A stretch of 62,980 nt of DNA, counting the filler, from Catajapyx aquilonaris (lineage: Eukaryota), in NCBI GenBank assembly GCA_000934665.2. It is 4 parts of 4 records of this genome, joined end to end, with 100 filler letters (N's around TTAATTAATTAA, not from the genome) between each part and the next. Parts side by side here need not be neighbours in the genome. Positions count along the whole stretch, not along the records: positions 15,770 to 31,418 come from JYFJ02007436.1; positions 31,519 to 47,276 come from JYFJ02007437.1; 2 more parts are not named here. The stretch is one strand, 5' to 3'. The notes beneath the pieces are model-generated. The model was not told the origin of the DNA, did not search any database, and saw nothing but the letters and a program-made list of their open reading frames with translations. This document shows, in pieces, positions 22,649 through 34,191 of this stretch. The translations under genes and the position numbers were made by a program. How positions within the stretch are numbered: position 1 is the first letter of the stretch; each line of letters opens with the position of its first letter.

Positions 22649-22960
22649 ACGTAGAAACCCTCGTCAGTAACTCCGAGTCTGAAGATGTGCAAAAGTACAG
22701 TGACTCTGGACAGACTGCAGTAAGGCCGACGAAGACCTTCATTGTGACAATCATCCCGCAGATATGGGAGGAACTTCGACCGATCGAGTCAACCTACAAG
22801 TGGTGACCACATAGACGATGGACGCACACTGTGGCCCGTCTACTCTGGGATCAGCACAAGCTGCCATGCGCGTATGCCTCCAAGCAAGGGAAGGTTTCGC
22901 GAGACCCTGATCTCAGGAAGCACTTTGTACAAAGATGCCAGGAAAGCGTGTCGAATACTA
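22649..22960 (+). pseudogene. MULE/NOF-FB-like transposase N-terminal fragment
   Basis: FIVTIIPQIWEELRPIESTYK...WTHTVARLLWDQHKLPCAYASK resembles the W..i.P....Y...WT......LPC.f.FK pattern of NOF-FB-like proteins; contains a stop. Confidence 0.5.
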
Positions 22961-23535
22961 TGCCACTGCAGAGGGAATCATGCAGAATGAACCACTTCCT
23001 GGAGAACCCCTGAACCTGAAACTAGCGCAATCACAGAGGTACTTTTACAAATTGGGTAGAAGGAAGACTATTGTAAACATAGGGAACCAGTAGGTTTTTA
23101 ATTTTTTAAACAGCGCTGAAGCACTGGGATCTTAGTATACGACAGACTTCCCAACAACCGGACCTATCCGGATCTTCCTGGCCCCTCCCGGGATCTCCAC
23201 TGTACCTTGCTCCCTCTGTACCCTCTCTTGAAAAAATCCCAAACCTAATGTTCATTGTAGCTATTTATTAACGGTATGTGACATATAGCAGCGATAAGCA
23301 GCACACTTCTGATAACTGCTACGCCTACTATTAGCCACGTGTGGTCCTACCTCCATGTATTGCAGCAAAAGTGACGGTAGCACCAGGGACAGACCCAGGC
23401 GCCCTCATATTGCACCTGGGGCGGATTATTATACCGTGCAGGGATCATACCGGAGGTTGGTAGACCGAAAGTACCATACATTTCATAGTTTTCCTCTGTA
23501 GTTGCATATTTTCACTCGCATTATGTAAAGGTTTC

Positions 23536-25465
23536 ATGGCGGCAGTGTCCCCTCTGCACCAGTACCTGAGGACTCTGCCGGGTGAAGCTAAGGTTCGGTA
23601 TGCCCAAAAACTGCGGCCTGGGGGAGTCACTTTGCCTGACCCGTATCTTCTGGAGTCCGGGTGGACAGAAGACGTGAAGCAGGTTCCTGCAGCGTCTTAT
23701 GGGAACATATACAATTATTTGATCAACACTCCAGGGCAATACAGTGCGGATGAGCTCCAAGCCTACAAGTCGTATACAACTTTTTCGTCTCGGGGCATGT
23801 TGGGCCATCCTATTACAATGCGTTAGGCAGCGAGTTGGAGTACTGCATTGTAAGGGCACAGGTCATGCCATCCCAGAAATTGAGCCACAAGCCTCATGAT
23901 GCCTGGATTTGTCTACACAAACCCAGCACTGCAATCCACACTGCCCACTGCACCTGTATGGCTGGGTAAGCAACTCATTGCAATAAGGTATAGCCTAAAT
24001 ATGAGGCGCTAAGATGCAAGGTGACAATATTATAATATGACACATTTTCATTTCATTTCAATTAACATTTGGTCAATTTATTGTTTTTTAAAAACCCATT
24101 ACTGTTTAATATTAACTTTCTCGGAATTCTGGAGTGGTGGTTTATGGGAAATATTGCTTGTTCCTATTTTTGGTGGGAGGTGGTGATGTATGATACTTTG
24201 GGGCAATGTGTGCTGATGTCATAGCAAGCGATTTTTGCATGTGAGTTTGTGAAGCTGGGGCTTTTTTTTGTGATTTGGTACAGTGTGGTGATGTGGTTGG
24301 AAGTGCTGGTGAACATTAGTGGAGTTGTGTTGTTTTATTTGCCCAGTGAGTGTGCGGCATAAACTTGCTTGGTCTTGGCATGGGTCTTTACTCTGGGGAC
24401 ATGCAATGTTTAATTTCATTTAATTGTGCACACCTAATTCATCATCTTAATTTGGCATGCTATACCTTGAGTTTACTTGTATGTAAAGTGGAAATAACTT
24501 GTACATTGTAACATTGTACTTGTAACATTTAAAAACAAAAAAACTAGTAATTACCCACACATGTACATACATAGAGTTTGTAGGCACTCCCATTCATTGA
24601 ACTTAGACAAATGTTATTTGAATCCGACTTCAACAGTTAACTAATTTGCAGATTGGGTGAAGTATGCAGCCACGTGGCTGCCATTTTATTCAAGTTGGAG
24701 GCCTTGACCAAGTCCGACGACTACATCCAATCCTGCACTTCGCAGGAATGCAAGTGGTCTGGTGTCAAGATGCAGGTATTGCAATGCGCAGTCCATAGAA
24801 ATTTTTCCCGCTCCTCTTAATCAATGTATTGTAATTCAGGACCACACGACCTGCGATACTGGACTCCAATTTATTAATTTTGTAATTTATAGTTTTACTT
24901 CCAGTCATGAGGGTAGGCTAAGATGGCCAAAAGTTTGTTTGCAAAACAGAAATTTACTTTTTGTTTTCGTGGGGGTTTCATGGCACAAAAGCAACTCAAG
25001 TAGTTGTGACACACAGTAGTAGACTTTCACCAGTAGCCGCAACTTGCAGTAGTGGTGGCATGCAGAGTTTGGTAGACTGGCTAAGCAATTGACCCTTAGG
25101 CCAGGATCAAAGCACAGGCCACCACTAACAAGCACCCATACCAAGAGGGCAAAAACAGGAGTGATTTCACATGTTCATCAACACCAGAAGTGCTTTAAAA
25201 AATATATTCAGTGTTTACTAGGTCAAAGCAAATGTGAAAATTAAGCATTCTCCATCTACAAAACTGCCAACATATTTCAGGTTGAGCCACTGCCCATGAA
25301 GGACATTTCATTCACCAAACCAAAATATTCCGAGAAAGCAGCACCTAGCAGGACAGCTAACCAACGCTTGAAGCATATGTCGAGTGTTCCTGTTCCACAT
25401 GGTATGATGAAGAGGCTGAAGGCACTGGTTCCACGGGCTGCTGTCTTTCAAATTATCCCTACCCA
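23536..25465 (+). pseudogene. Spliced SWIM zinc-finger accessory protein of a Kolobok-like DNA transposon (KolX-like)
   Basis: Exons 23536-23965, 24652-24775, 25281-about 25465 with GT-AG and matching phases. RYAQKL...DPY...YGNIYNYLI...LQAYKS, HCTCMAG|LGEVCSHVAAILF (SWIM CxC-x7-CxH), SCTSQECKW. Frameshift at about 23770. Confidence 0.75.
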
Positions 25466-25889
25466 AACGGATCACCCTAGGCCACGCCCTCTTTTTGGGC
25501 AGGGTGTCATGACCGCCGGGGGAAAAAGCTGCTTATTTTCGGCCTCAACTTTTTACACGAGGGAGGCGCACGGAGGCGGGCGGTGTCGTCTCTACCTTAC
25601 TCTTTGATGTGACCCCTTGGGCCTTGAGAGAAGGAAGGACCATTTCCATGGCAACTTGTTGATATACAAATATGCGGATTATTAGAACAGGGCGCCAACA
25701 CCCAAAGTTCTTTTCGCCTCCTGTGGCCAAGGATGACCTCGCAGGTCAATTCCAATGCGCTAAGAACCTTCCCGGTAAAAAACTACCCCTAGTGATACCC
25801 CTGGGGCATATGTGGATGCCTCCGTATGGATTTGCATAGGTCACAAAGGACAGACAGACAGATATACGTGGAGAAATATGTATTAGATT
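25466..25889 (-). mobile_element. Helitron-like non-autonomous repeat fragment
   Basis: Minus strand begins A|TCTAATAC...(TGTC)n, like arthropod non-autonomous Helitrons; shares sequence with 6231-6590; no clean 3' CTRR end. Confidence 0.4.
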
Positions 25890-26049
25890 TGTGGACCACA
25901 TGGATTTTGCCATCTTGAACTGCCCAAGCTTTGGCATGGCATAAAGGGAACAGGGACAGGTTGCCACAAATGTACAGGAGGTCTTATAAAAATTCCGCAT
26001 TTGTGAACTGAAGGTGGATGTATTTATTACCGGAAAGGTTTGCATAATA

Positions 26050-26610
26050 AAAATGCTGGGGAAAATTTGTGTAGTAGTGTGAATTACAAAGGCAAAGAAG
26101 AATGGAACACATTGGAAATACAGTCGTTAAATCGATTGGACAAGGTGAACAATTAGTTTTAATGGGAGATTTAAATGCGAGACTGGGGAATTTACCTCAG
26201 ACTGCCCTCTTGGAGCATTTGGAACAAAATCACGAAAGGAAAAGTCTTGACTCAACAATAAATGTTAATGGGAGAACATTTGTACGAAATGGCGTCCAGG
26301 TCATCGCTGTATAGAGGGTGTTAATCCTAAGCGTATCAGCAGAAAAGGTGGTGGTAGAGGGCGTCGGTGTGAGCATTTTTGCATAAGGAACTAGGGGTCG
26401 GAAACGCACCCTCACCGAGTTACGCCCCCTTTCAAGTTTCCGGCAGGCAGTGTGCAAGAGGGCCCCATCACCCACTCCGCCGAGTTGCTAAATGACTTCC
26501 AGGTGGGCTATAGACAGGGTCGTCGCTATATGGATCACCTATTTACTCTGCAGGCGCTAATACAAAGTATGTAAAACCTAAGCAAAAACTATATGCCCTG
26601 TTTGTAGATG
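26050..26610 (+). pseudogene. LINE ORF2 fragment (APE endonuclease and start of RT)
   Basis: LVLMGDLNARLG...RKSLDSTINVNGR (endonuclease); FQVGYRQGR..MDHLFTLQALI and KLYALFVD (RT); heavily deleted. Confidence 0.75.
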
Positions 26611-27136
26611 TAGCCGTTTTGAGCAAGTATAATTGTTATTGGAGAACACTCAGTATGTAGCATGTTCACTGAAAGTAAGCAAACATGTGACAGCAAAATA
26701 TGCTGGTCATGTTTGGGGTTCCAGCGAGCATGTTGAGCACGGCCATTTTGACTGGCACTCACTCAAATAGCAGTAAATTAGTATATTCATTGTGGTTACA
26801 TCTTTACTGAGTGAACATTATTTCTAGCCGACATACTGCCTGGGAGAACACCTGCGACATTGCCAGTCGCCATAATATTGAAGCTGGCAAACGGCTGTCA
26901 GTTGCGTTTGCTGACTCACTTGTGATGCCCCTCCCGGTCATAACGATCATTATAGTTAATGGTAACCAGAACTACTCCCACAAAGAGAGGATTGTTTCCT
27001 TCCCTTTTTCACACCAGTTCCAACCAACAAACATTCTTTATACTTTACACTCCACTTTTGCCGACGAGGGAGAGCATGGCGTGAAGGAGAAACACCAATT
27101 TGTCACGCCAATTATTTTACTCCACATCTGCTGAGA

Positions 27137-27777
27137 TGTAAAGATGTGGGGGAAAGAGAGACGCTACCCTAACAACCAATCAGGCTTTGAACTAACCATG
27201 AGTTTGACGTGATGTCATTTTTGACCAATCCTTTTAACATGTTGAACTAAATTCTGACCAATGGAATTATTCTGGTCTGTCTGAGGCTTTGGGCAGCGTC
27301 TCACTTGAAAGCCCCAAGGCGGGTGACTTCTCCAGCCTCCAGCATCCAGAAAGGATGTAGCTTTTGAACTCCCCGAAATTTGGCCNTCACTAGTTTGCTG
27401 TTACTTATTGATTGTCAACTTGACAATGTAAAATTCCCCGAGTGTTCGCGCTTCCTGAACTGACAAGAAGAAGAAGAAGATGATGAAGAAGATGGTCCAC
27501 CTGAACTGAGCCGTCCTCCTCCTACCCAGGAAGCCCGGAAGGAAGACCACCGCCCCGAGTTCCCGTCACCGGCCAAGCAGGAGAAGGACAGGATGATCAG
27601 GACCATCCACCCAAGAGCACAGTTGGTAACGTGAGTCGAGCGGGAAGTCATTGTCGCTCTCGGGCTACAAATTGTTCAATTTGTAACTGTAACTAAAATG
27701 TTGGTTGAATAATAATTGGATTTTAAACCGTTTCTTGGCCAAGCCTCATTTCGAATTCTCCCGCATACACACGACAA
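27137..27777 (+). mobile_element. LTR-like segment
   Basis: TG...CA bounded, with CCAAT motifs, a GAA-rich leader and a GTGAGT donor; no TSD found. Confidence 0.3.
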
Positions 27778-28183
27778 CTTTCAGGTTGCTTTTCAGATTG
27801 ATTAGACCTGACACCTTAATGAAGAAATAGCTTAGTGGCACATAGAGCTTTCTGTTTTTGTCTAATTTAGGATTTAATTTTTATTATTCAGAATTAGTAT
27901 TATGTCAATAATATCTACTTTGATGAAGTGTCTTCATGTGTACTTTCAACTTGAAATGTAACATGCACAATAAATTTGAAATGATCGATAACAAACACAA
28001 ATTAGTCTTTTTCTCAGAATTACAAATTAGGCACTTAGAGCCTTTATCAATTCCACTGACGCATTTCAGGACATTAAAACTAACCGTATCCAATCGAGAT
28101 GATATCGGTAGTGTCAGGTGTTCCAATGTACGTCAATAGGCATCTGCGTGCGTCATTGGAAACCGTCATAAAGTAGTTAACAC

Positions 28184-30183
28184 GTGGAATTTAAGTATAA
28201 AAGACAAAGTTTGGGCAGTCTTGAGAGCAGAGATCTCCAGGGCACAGCACGGCAATTACTCAGCAAATCGACGACATTCTCCCTCCGTGGACATCAGAAT
28301 ACAGTAAGTGTTCACATTTTACTCACCGTATATTTGGATGGGAATTGTAATCCCTCTTTAGCCAGTGTTAAAGAAAACTATAAAGTCGACTGTACCTACC
28401 TCAAATAAATTAATGTCGATGACAAAAGAAAAACCTGCAGAAAATGCAGATAATCAAGGAATTCCAAAGCTAATTAAGGGTGCAATGACTGATGCCGACA
28501 AATGCTTTCTGCAAAACATGGGTCCATTAGTCCAACCATTGCTCCAGAAGGCTAAAAGGGACATTGAGTTCCCAGTGAAGCAGTACTTGGCAGATGCCAA
28601 GAGACACTTGGGCACCACCACCGACATTCGGGGCATGGAGCTTTTTGCAGCGACCCTCATTGTGGTGGAGAAGATGGGGGAATCTGTTGATTCCATTTTT
28701 CAGCAGCAGGTTAGTTCACATTGACCATACGCATGTACGTCTCCAATGTCTGGCAGGGCTTGGGGCCTAGGGGAAAAGTTCTGATGGGGGCCCCTTTTGA
28801 AAATTGTAAGCAAGAATTTCAAGCCTTAGTATTTCTTCGGGGTGCTTTAGTATGTTCTCTGCCATGGGGCCTAGGGTAAATTGCCTCCCTTCACCCTTGT
28901 GTGTAGCTCTGGTGTCTGTGGAATAGTTGTAGATCGGCCCTGGAAACACCTCAGGATCTTCCCGTGTCCTATGTCTCCACCTGTCAACAAGTTCGGGAAG
29001 AGTTGGTAATATCTGGTTTGCCAGATAATTTGGTAGGCTCCCCTGAGACTGATCCAGACGAGAATTGAGGCGGAGGCCTACGCCGACATTTTACCCTGTT
29101 TCGTCCAGGAAGGATCCCTAAAGTACCATTGTATTGTGGGCCATTGGACTGTGTGCTGCTGCCTCTCCCTGGGAGTATCAATCCTGCAAGACGGGAGAGA
29201 TCTACTGAAACGCTTTAGCAGCAGAAGAACCTGCGGGGACACTCGGCACGTCTGCATGGCTCCTAAAAATTCGAAGTTTTGCCCATGCAATGAGGATCTT
29301 CAATGCCCAAATCCTCCCAGCAGCCCTCTACGCAGCCCCAATATGGTCCTTGGCGCAACTTCTGGAACTTGAAAAAATACAAACCCAATTCATTAGGAGG
29401 TTCTTCTCCTTACCGCGAAGGACTGCCGGTTACTTCGTGAGACTTGAAACTGGGAGAAGACACCTGTTTGTCAATGTACAGAAACAGCTTATTAGGTGTC
29501 TAAATGATGAACTACGGCCCCGCACCGCCCCTGGTCATCCATGGGATGACCCAGGTAAACGTGGTGTACGGACCAAACAGGGGCATCACCATCAACATCC
29601 GCGTGGCCGAGAACCAAGTAGTCATCCTGCCGGAGGGTTGGCGGCAGGAAGTACAAGTCATCCAGCCACCGGGCCGCTGGCATTAACTGCAGCCTTGTGA
29701 ATGCAGTTTTCACCAAAGGCATCTTCTGCGGTCAAAACAGCCTCAATACTAGTAGCCATTTGTATTGGCATTATTGTAAGATTTGGCAGACTATGTACAA
29801 CAAAGCAAAGGTCCATACATTGTTGGATTGTTGCCCACAGGTGGTAAGGCCTCTTTGGCTAATTACACCTGCAATTCTTTTATCTAGTACCCCCATTAAA
29901 ATTTACTCCAAGTACACGTTATCATACAGAAATCTCATCACTACCAACAGAATCTATTTTTGACACTGATTTAAAATTTACATCTAGCTTAATAGGAAGA
30001 AAGGGTAAACTGATAGATTTTCCAGAGATGTCACGGGCTAGTACCAGTACCGTACAAATTGATGATGGGTTGATTGCGGAACCACTTGACCATCCACAGA
30101 AGATAAACATAACAGAGACCCCACACGAGCTAATAAAAAAGCCGGCTAAAGCACTTAAGAAACCAAAGGGAACAACTAAGTAA
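28184..30183 (+). CDS. Orphan spliced exons, possibly a transposon accessory gene
   Basis: Exon ending 28303 joins 28362-28709 across a 58-nt intron; 29781-29843 joins 29930-30183 in phase. The link between the two pairs is not phase-matched. Confidence 0.35.
28754..28911. mobile_element. Small hAT-like MITE
   Basis: CAGGGCT...AGCTCTG termini with a degenerate 8-bp TSD (ATGTCTGG / GTGTCTGT). Confidence 0.4.
28925..29500 (+). pseudogene. LINE RT C-terminal fragment
   Basis: Frameshifted FA-DNLV (YADD-like), SLGVSI, then RIFNAQILPAALYAAPIW...LEKIQTQFIRRFFSLPRRTAGYFVRLETG. Confidence 0.75.
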
Positions 30184-30343
30184 GAATGATTGTAATAAGT
30201 ACTCCGTAATTAATTATTTAAATGTGTGTGATGTAAAGTGTGTGATGAAAAAATGTAGTTCTTTATTAAGTCTAAGTGTATGTTACTTATGGCCAGTATC
30301 TAGAGTTGAGAGAAAGGAAAAGTCTTCTTGGAATTAATAAATC

Positions 30344-31414
30344 ATGGGCAAATGTTTAGATCTGGTGTCGCTGGATATTGGTGGGTTAAGTCCAAGGGTG
30401 ACATATTGTTTTTCCGGAGCTACATATATGGGTAGAGAATGTTTACACTTAATGACAGTATCTGAAAGGAAGATGGCGAATTCAGAGCGTTCTGGTGAGA
30501 CGGAGGACTTGGACCAACTATTGTCGTGGGCGAGTGACCATTATCCAAGAGAAGTGGCAATGGAACAAGTGGAAGCAGACAGTAGTGAAAGGAACCTCCC
30601 TAACATCCTAGAGGAAGTGGACTTCTTCAGTTTGGCCGAACCTGAAATGCCATCTCATTTCCTTTTACCCTATCTGACCACACCAAATACCGAACCACTT
30701 GTAGATCTGCAATCAGAGGCTGATCTCTTTCCCACCAATTCAGATTACAACCCGTCCATAAACCCCAACTGTGAACCCGACATTCAATACCCAAGCAGTG
30801 AATCAGTGAGTGGACCAAGTTCAGGGGTGCAAGCCGTAACTGTGGAAGGTGGCAGTATCAACCAGACAGTACAAGAGAACGCCTGTGAAATGGAACTAGT
30901 GCTTCCGAACTATATCCATGGAGGGGATGTATTTCCACACCTCACCTCATGCACTTTTCCTTACCCCCTATCCAAATACCTGAGCAGCCACGCCATTCCA
31001 TATTATAGTATACCTGTACCTGGCCATGAGGAAATCCCCATCAAGCCTGGTATGGAGAAGTCCATACCAACAAAAAAGTGCCTAACCCTATTGGAAACTT
31101 GTCCCCCGGGCGTATACATTGTGGTGGTGAATAGCCGAGGCACCGGAAGAGACAGCGGTGACATGGACTGCCCCTTAGCCGGTTGCCGAGGAGTCATAAG
31201 GAGAGATTCAACGGGATACGACAGACATCTGCTGAGGCACCTCAGCATTGCAGCAGTATCGTGTCCGCGATGTGGCATGAGTTTCAAAGACTGTTCCGCT
31301 CGATTAAGCCACATATATACTACTAGCAGGATACCCGGCGTTGCTCGGGTTATGAAAGACTTTTCCATAGGAGTGACTTATATTACTTATATTACTTTAT
31401 TATTGATTTGGTAG
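30344..31414 (+). CDS. Uncharacterised protein with acidic N-terminus and C2H2-like zinc finger(s)
   Basis: 356 open codons (better start AAGATGGCG at 30473); CPLAGC-x13-HLLRH and CPRC-x12-H near the C-terminus; ends at the edge of the piece. Confidence 0.55.
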   Translation: MGKCLDLVSLDIGGLSPRVTYCFSGATYMGRECLHLMTVSERKMANSERSGETEDLDQLLSWASDHYPREVAMEQVEADSSERNLPNILEEVDFFSLAEPEMPSHFLLPYLTTPNTEPLVDLQSEADLFPTNSDYNPSINPNCEPDIQYPSSESVSGPSSGVQAVTVEGGSINQTVQENACEMELVLPNYIHGGDVFPHLTSCTFPYPLSKYLSSHAIPYYSIPVPGHEEIPIKPGMEKSIPTKKCLTLLETCPPGVYIVVVNSRGTGRDSGDMDCPLAGCRGVIRRDSTGYDRHLLRHLSIAAVSCPRCGMSFKDCSARLSHIYTTSRIPGVARVMKDFSIGVTYITYITLLLIW

Positions 31415-31418
31415 TTAC

Positions 31419-31518
31419 NNNNNNNNNNNNNNNNNNNNNNNNNNNNNNNNNNNNNNNNNNNNTTAATTAATTAANNNNNNNNNNNNNNNNNNNNNNNNNN
31501 NNNNNNNNNNNNNNNNNN
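31419..31518. other. Artificial assembly linker
   Basis: 44 N + TTAATTAATTAA + 44 N. Confidence 0.95.
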
Positions 31519-32366
31519 AAACATACGATGTCGCCGTGGTTACCGAACTGGCAGTCAGCGCGACGCTGCCAGATCGTCCCTTTCTTCGTGCGAGTTGTTA
31601 TTGTTCATGGAGGGGGGTATTTTCGATCCCAAACCAAGACTGCCACACTCGTGCCCTTTCACACACTTACGGTAATGCGGCGTAGACACCTCGTGACAGG
31701 CTCGAATTTCACTGGTACCGACATGGAAAGGAGTAATTGCGGGTCAAAATAAAAAACTGTACCTGGCCGCGGCGGCCGCAAATATCGCCCCAGGAGAAAA
31801 ATAAGCGCACCATCTCAAAGTGCAACTCCTTCGCGTCCATATACTCCAGTTTCATGCCGATACCTCCATATTTGCGGCCGTGACAGCGAGAGGAAGAAGT
31901 GTCAAACTCACGGGCCGGCCCGCGACGGGCTACCCGCAACAATGAATAGCGTAGCCTAGAGCGCGCTCTTAATTCCATATAAAAAACTCAGCAGGGGGTG
32001 GGGCTAATTATGGTTGCCAAGGACACAAGCCACGACCAAAACGCATGAGTTATCTTGCCCCTAGTATAGTGACGTACTTACCACCCAGCTGAGGCTTATA
32101 GTACCAGAGATATTTTTCTTCTTTACATTTCATTTCAACCACTTCTTATATTAGGAAATTATTTCAGAAATGGGATTTTTGAAATCTGTTCTGTTGCTAC
32201 CAGATATAATGGAGCATGTGGTGCAAGTTGTAATGCTTGTGCAAAAAGAAAGAGAGAAAGATTCCAAGGCTACTACAAGAGAGTCTTGAAATAGGCACTG
32301 AAAAGTCCTTCTGAATTTAAAACAGTGTTTCTGAATTCCAACATGTTAGATTGTTTGGATCGCATA

Positions 32367-33260
32367 CAGGGTGAAGGGAAATTCGCGGACAATCGCCATG
32401 TCGATCAATAGTATTCGGTAAACTAATATAGGGATGTGTAATTAGTTTTGGGTGCCGATGTGTAGTTAATGCGTACGGCACCTTTAAAGTGTAGATGGTT
32501 GGATGGTAAAATGTGAGGTGTTGTACCGGGATTCTTACTTTGACGGGATTTGATCACCTTTTGCACGTGGACGATGTGTTACTGACCCAAAGCTGGATTG
32601 TGTGGAGGCCCTCAAGCTGGCTTTTGCTTCTTTATAGCTGGTGGAATGGATGTGACGTCACAAAACTTGGATGGTGCCATATGCATTAACTCTCTTACCA
32701 CCGTGTCCGTCGTCGACGGACAAACATTTTGAGAAATCTTTGCACGAAGTCTATAAGTCATATATGAATGCGGTTTGCAGCATATTCACAACCAAAAAAT
32801 GCAGAATTCAACACAAAAATCACATGCTCAAGTACTTTGTCAGACTTTTTCGTATGACGTCATCTTCTGGTGGCCATATTGGAAAAAGTTCTATAAGCAA
32901 TGCCAGACATTGTATGAAGTTGAGCTCAATTCTGGGAAGTTAGTAATTAGTTAGATCGGGTTCTAAGCAATAATTTGCATGGGTTAGTTTTTTGATCGTG
33001 TAAACTTCACCGCTACGTTTTTTCTGACCCCCAGTAGATGCGTATATGTAGTTATAGCTGTTATGTTGCGCAAGGCCTAGACTGTGGGGGCGGGGCAGTA
33101 AATCTGGCGGGAGCAGCGATTCAGTGGGGTTCGAATGATGAGCGGCGGCCTAAGAATTAACTATGCAACGGCGCCCAAAACTAATAATTGCACATCCCAA
33201 TAGTAGTTTTACGAGTACTATCAGTCTACCTGGCGATTGTCTGCGAGTTCCTTAACCTTG
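32367..33260. mobile_element. Tc1/mariner-type MITE
   Basis: TA-CAGGGTGAAGGGAA...TTCCTTAACCTTG-TA with about 100-bp imperfect TIRs. Confidence 0.7.
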
Positions 33261-33262
33261 TA

Positions 33263-33639
33263 TAGGGTGTAAATGAATTCAACAGACAAACTTCTAGGGG
33301 TAGTAGTGGGAACCAAGACAAACATGTTTCATATTGGAAGTCGCGTCCGGAAACGCGTCTGGTGCTCCCATTCCTTGTCTATTGACCCCCTCTAGATGAC
33401 ATTTCAGGACACGGGTTCCTATATGAAACATGTTTGTCATGGTCCCCTCTATTACCCCTAGAAGTTTGTCAGTTCTGTCGCTTAGCGCCTCCTGCCTGAC
33501 GCGTTTTAACTCTCCCGTTCCTTGTCTATTGACCCCCTCTAGATGGTGTTTTCAGACACCGGTTCCTGTATGAAATATGTTTGTCTTGGTACCCTCTATC
33601 ATCCCTAGAAGTTTGTCGGTTGAATTCATTTACATCTTG
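33263..33639. mobile_element. Tc1/mariner-type MITE with internal duplication
   Basis: TIRs AGGGTGTAAATGAATTCAAC / GTTGAATTCATTTACATCTTG; the right arm is partly duplicated (about 33370-33471 and 33518-33617). Confidence 0.7.
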
Positions 33640-34040
33640 TATAACTTAAGCTCAATACATCTGTGCAGCAAATTCAGTGTGCAGGGTGTTCATGAAAAAC
33701 ACCGACAAACCTATACCACCCCCAAACTAGGCACCAGAGGATCACGTTATGTAGATGAGTGATTATGCCTGGGCCGCCTCATTACCGCAAATATTGCCTT
33801 CAAGCTGGTGGTATAAAACATCCTGGAAGTTAGGCCACCCATCGAACCCTCCTCCAGTCAGAAGGAGCGATTAGGCAAAAATCGCATCGCCGTTCAGGAG
33901 CGGCTAGCATAATCGCTTTTGGCGTATTTTTCTGCAGCACATTTTTGGTTACACATGGATTCCCCCTAACGATTCCTTGATACGGGTTTTCCATTGGGTT
34001 GGTGGGTGAGTGGGTTTGTTGGTGATTTTGTACACCATCT

Positions 34041-34042
<2 letters not shown>

Positions 34043-34091
<49 letters not shown>

Positions 34092-34116
34092 TATTATGAT
34101 TATTATTATTATGATG

Positions 34117-34185
<69 letters not shown>

Positions 34186-34191
34186 ATAATA
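34043..34191. repeat. (AAT)n/(ATT)n microsatellite
   Basis: Directly visible; an AAT run followed by an ATT run. Confidence 0.95.

Noticed and set aside
26050..29500. One LINE split by nested insertions
   Set aside because: Domain order fits, but base composition differs and the pieces interleave with the orphan exons; treated as two fragments.
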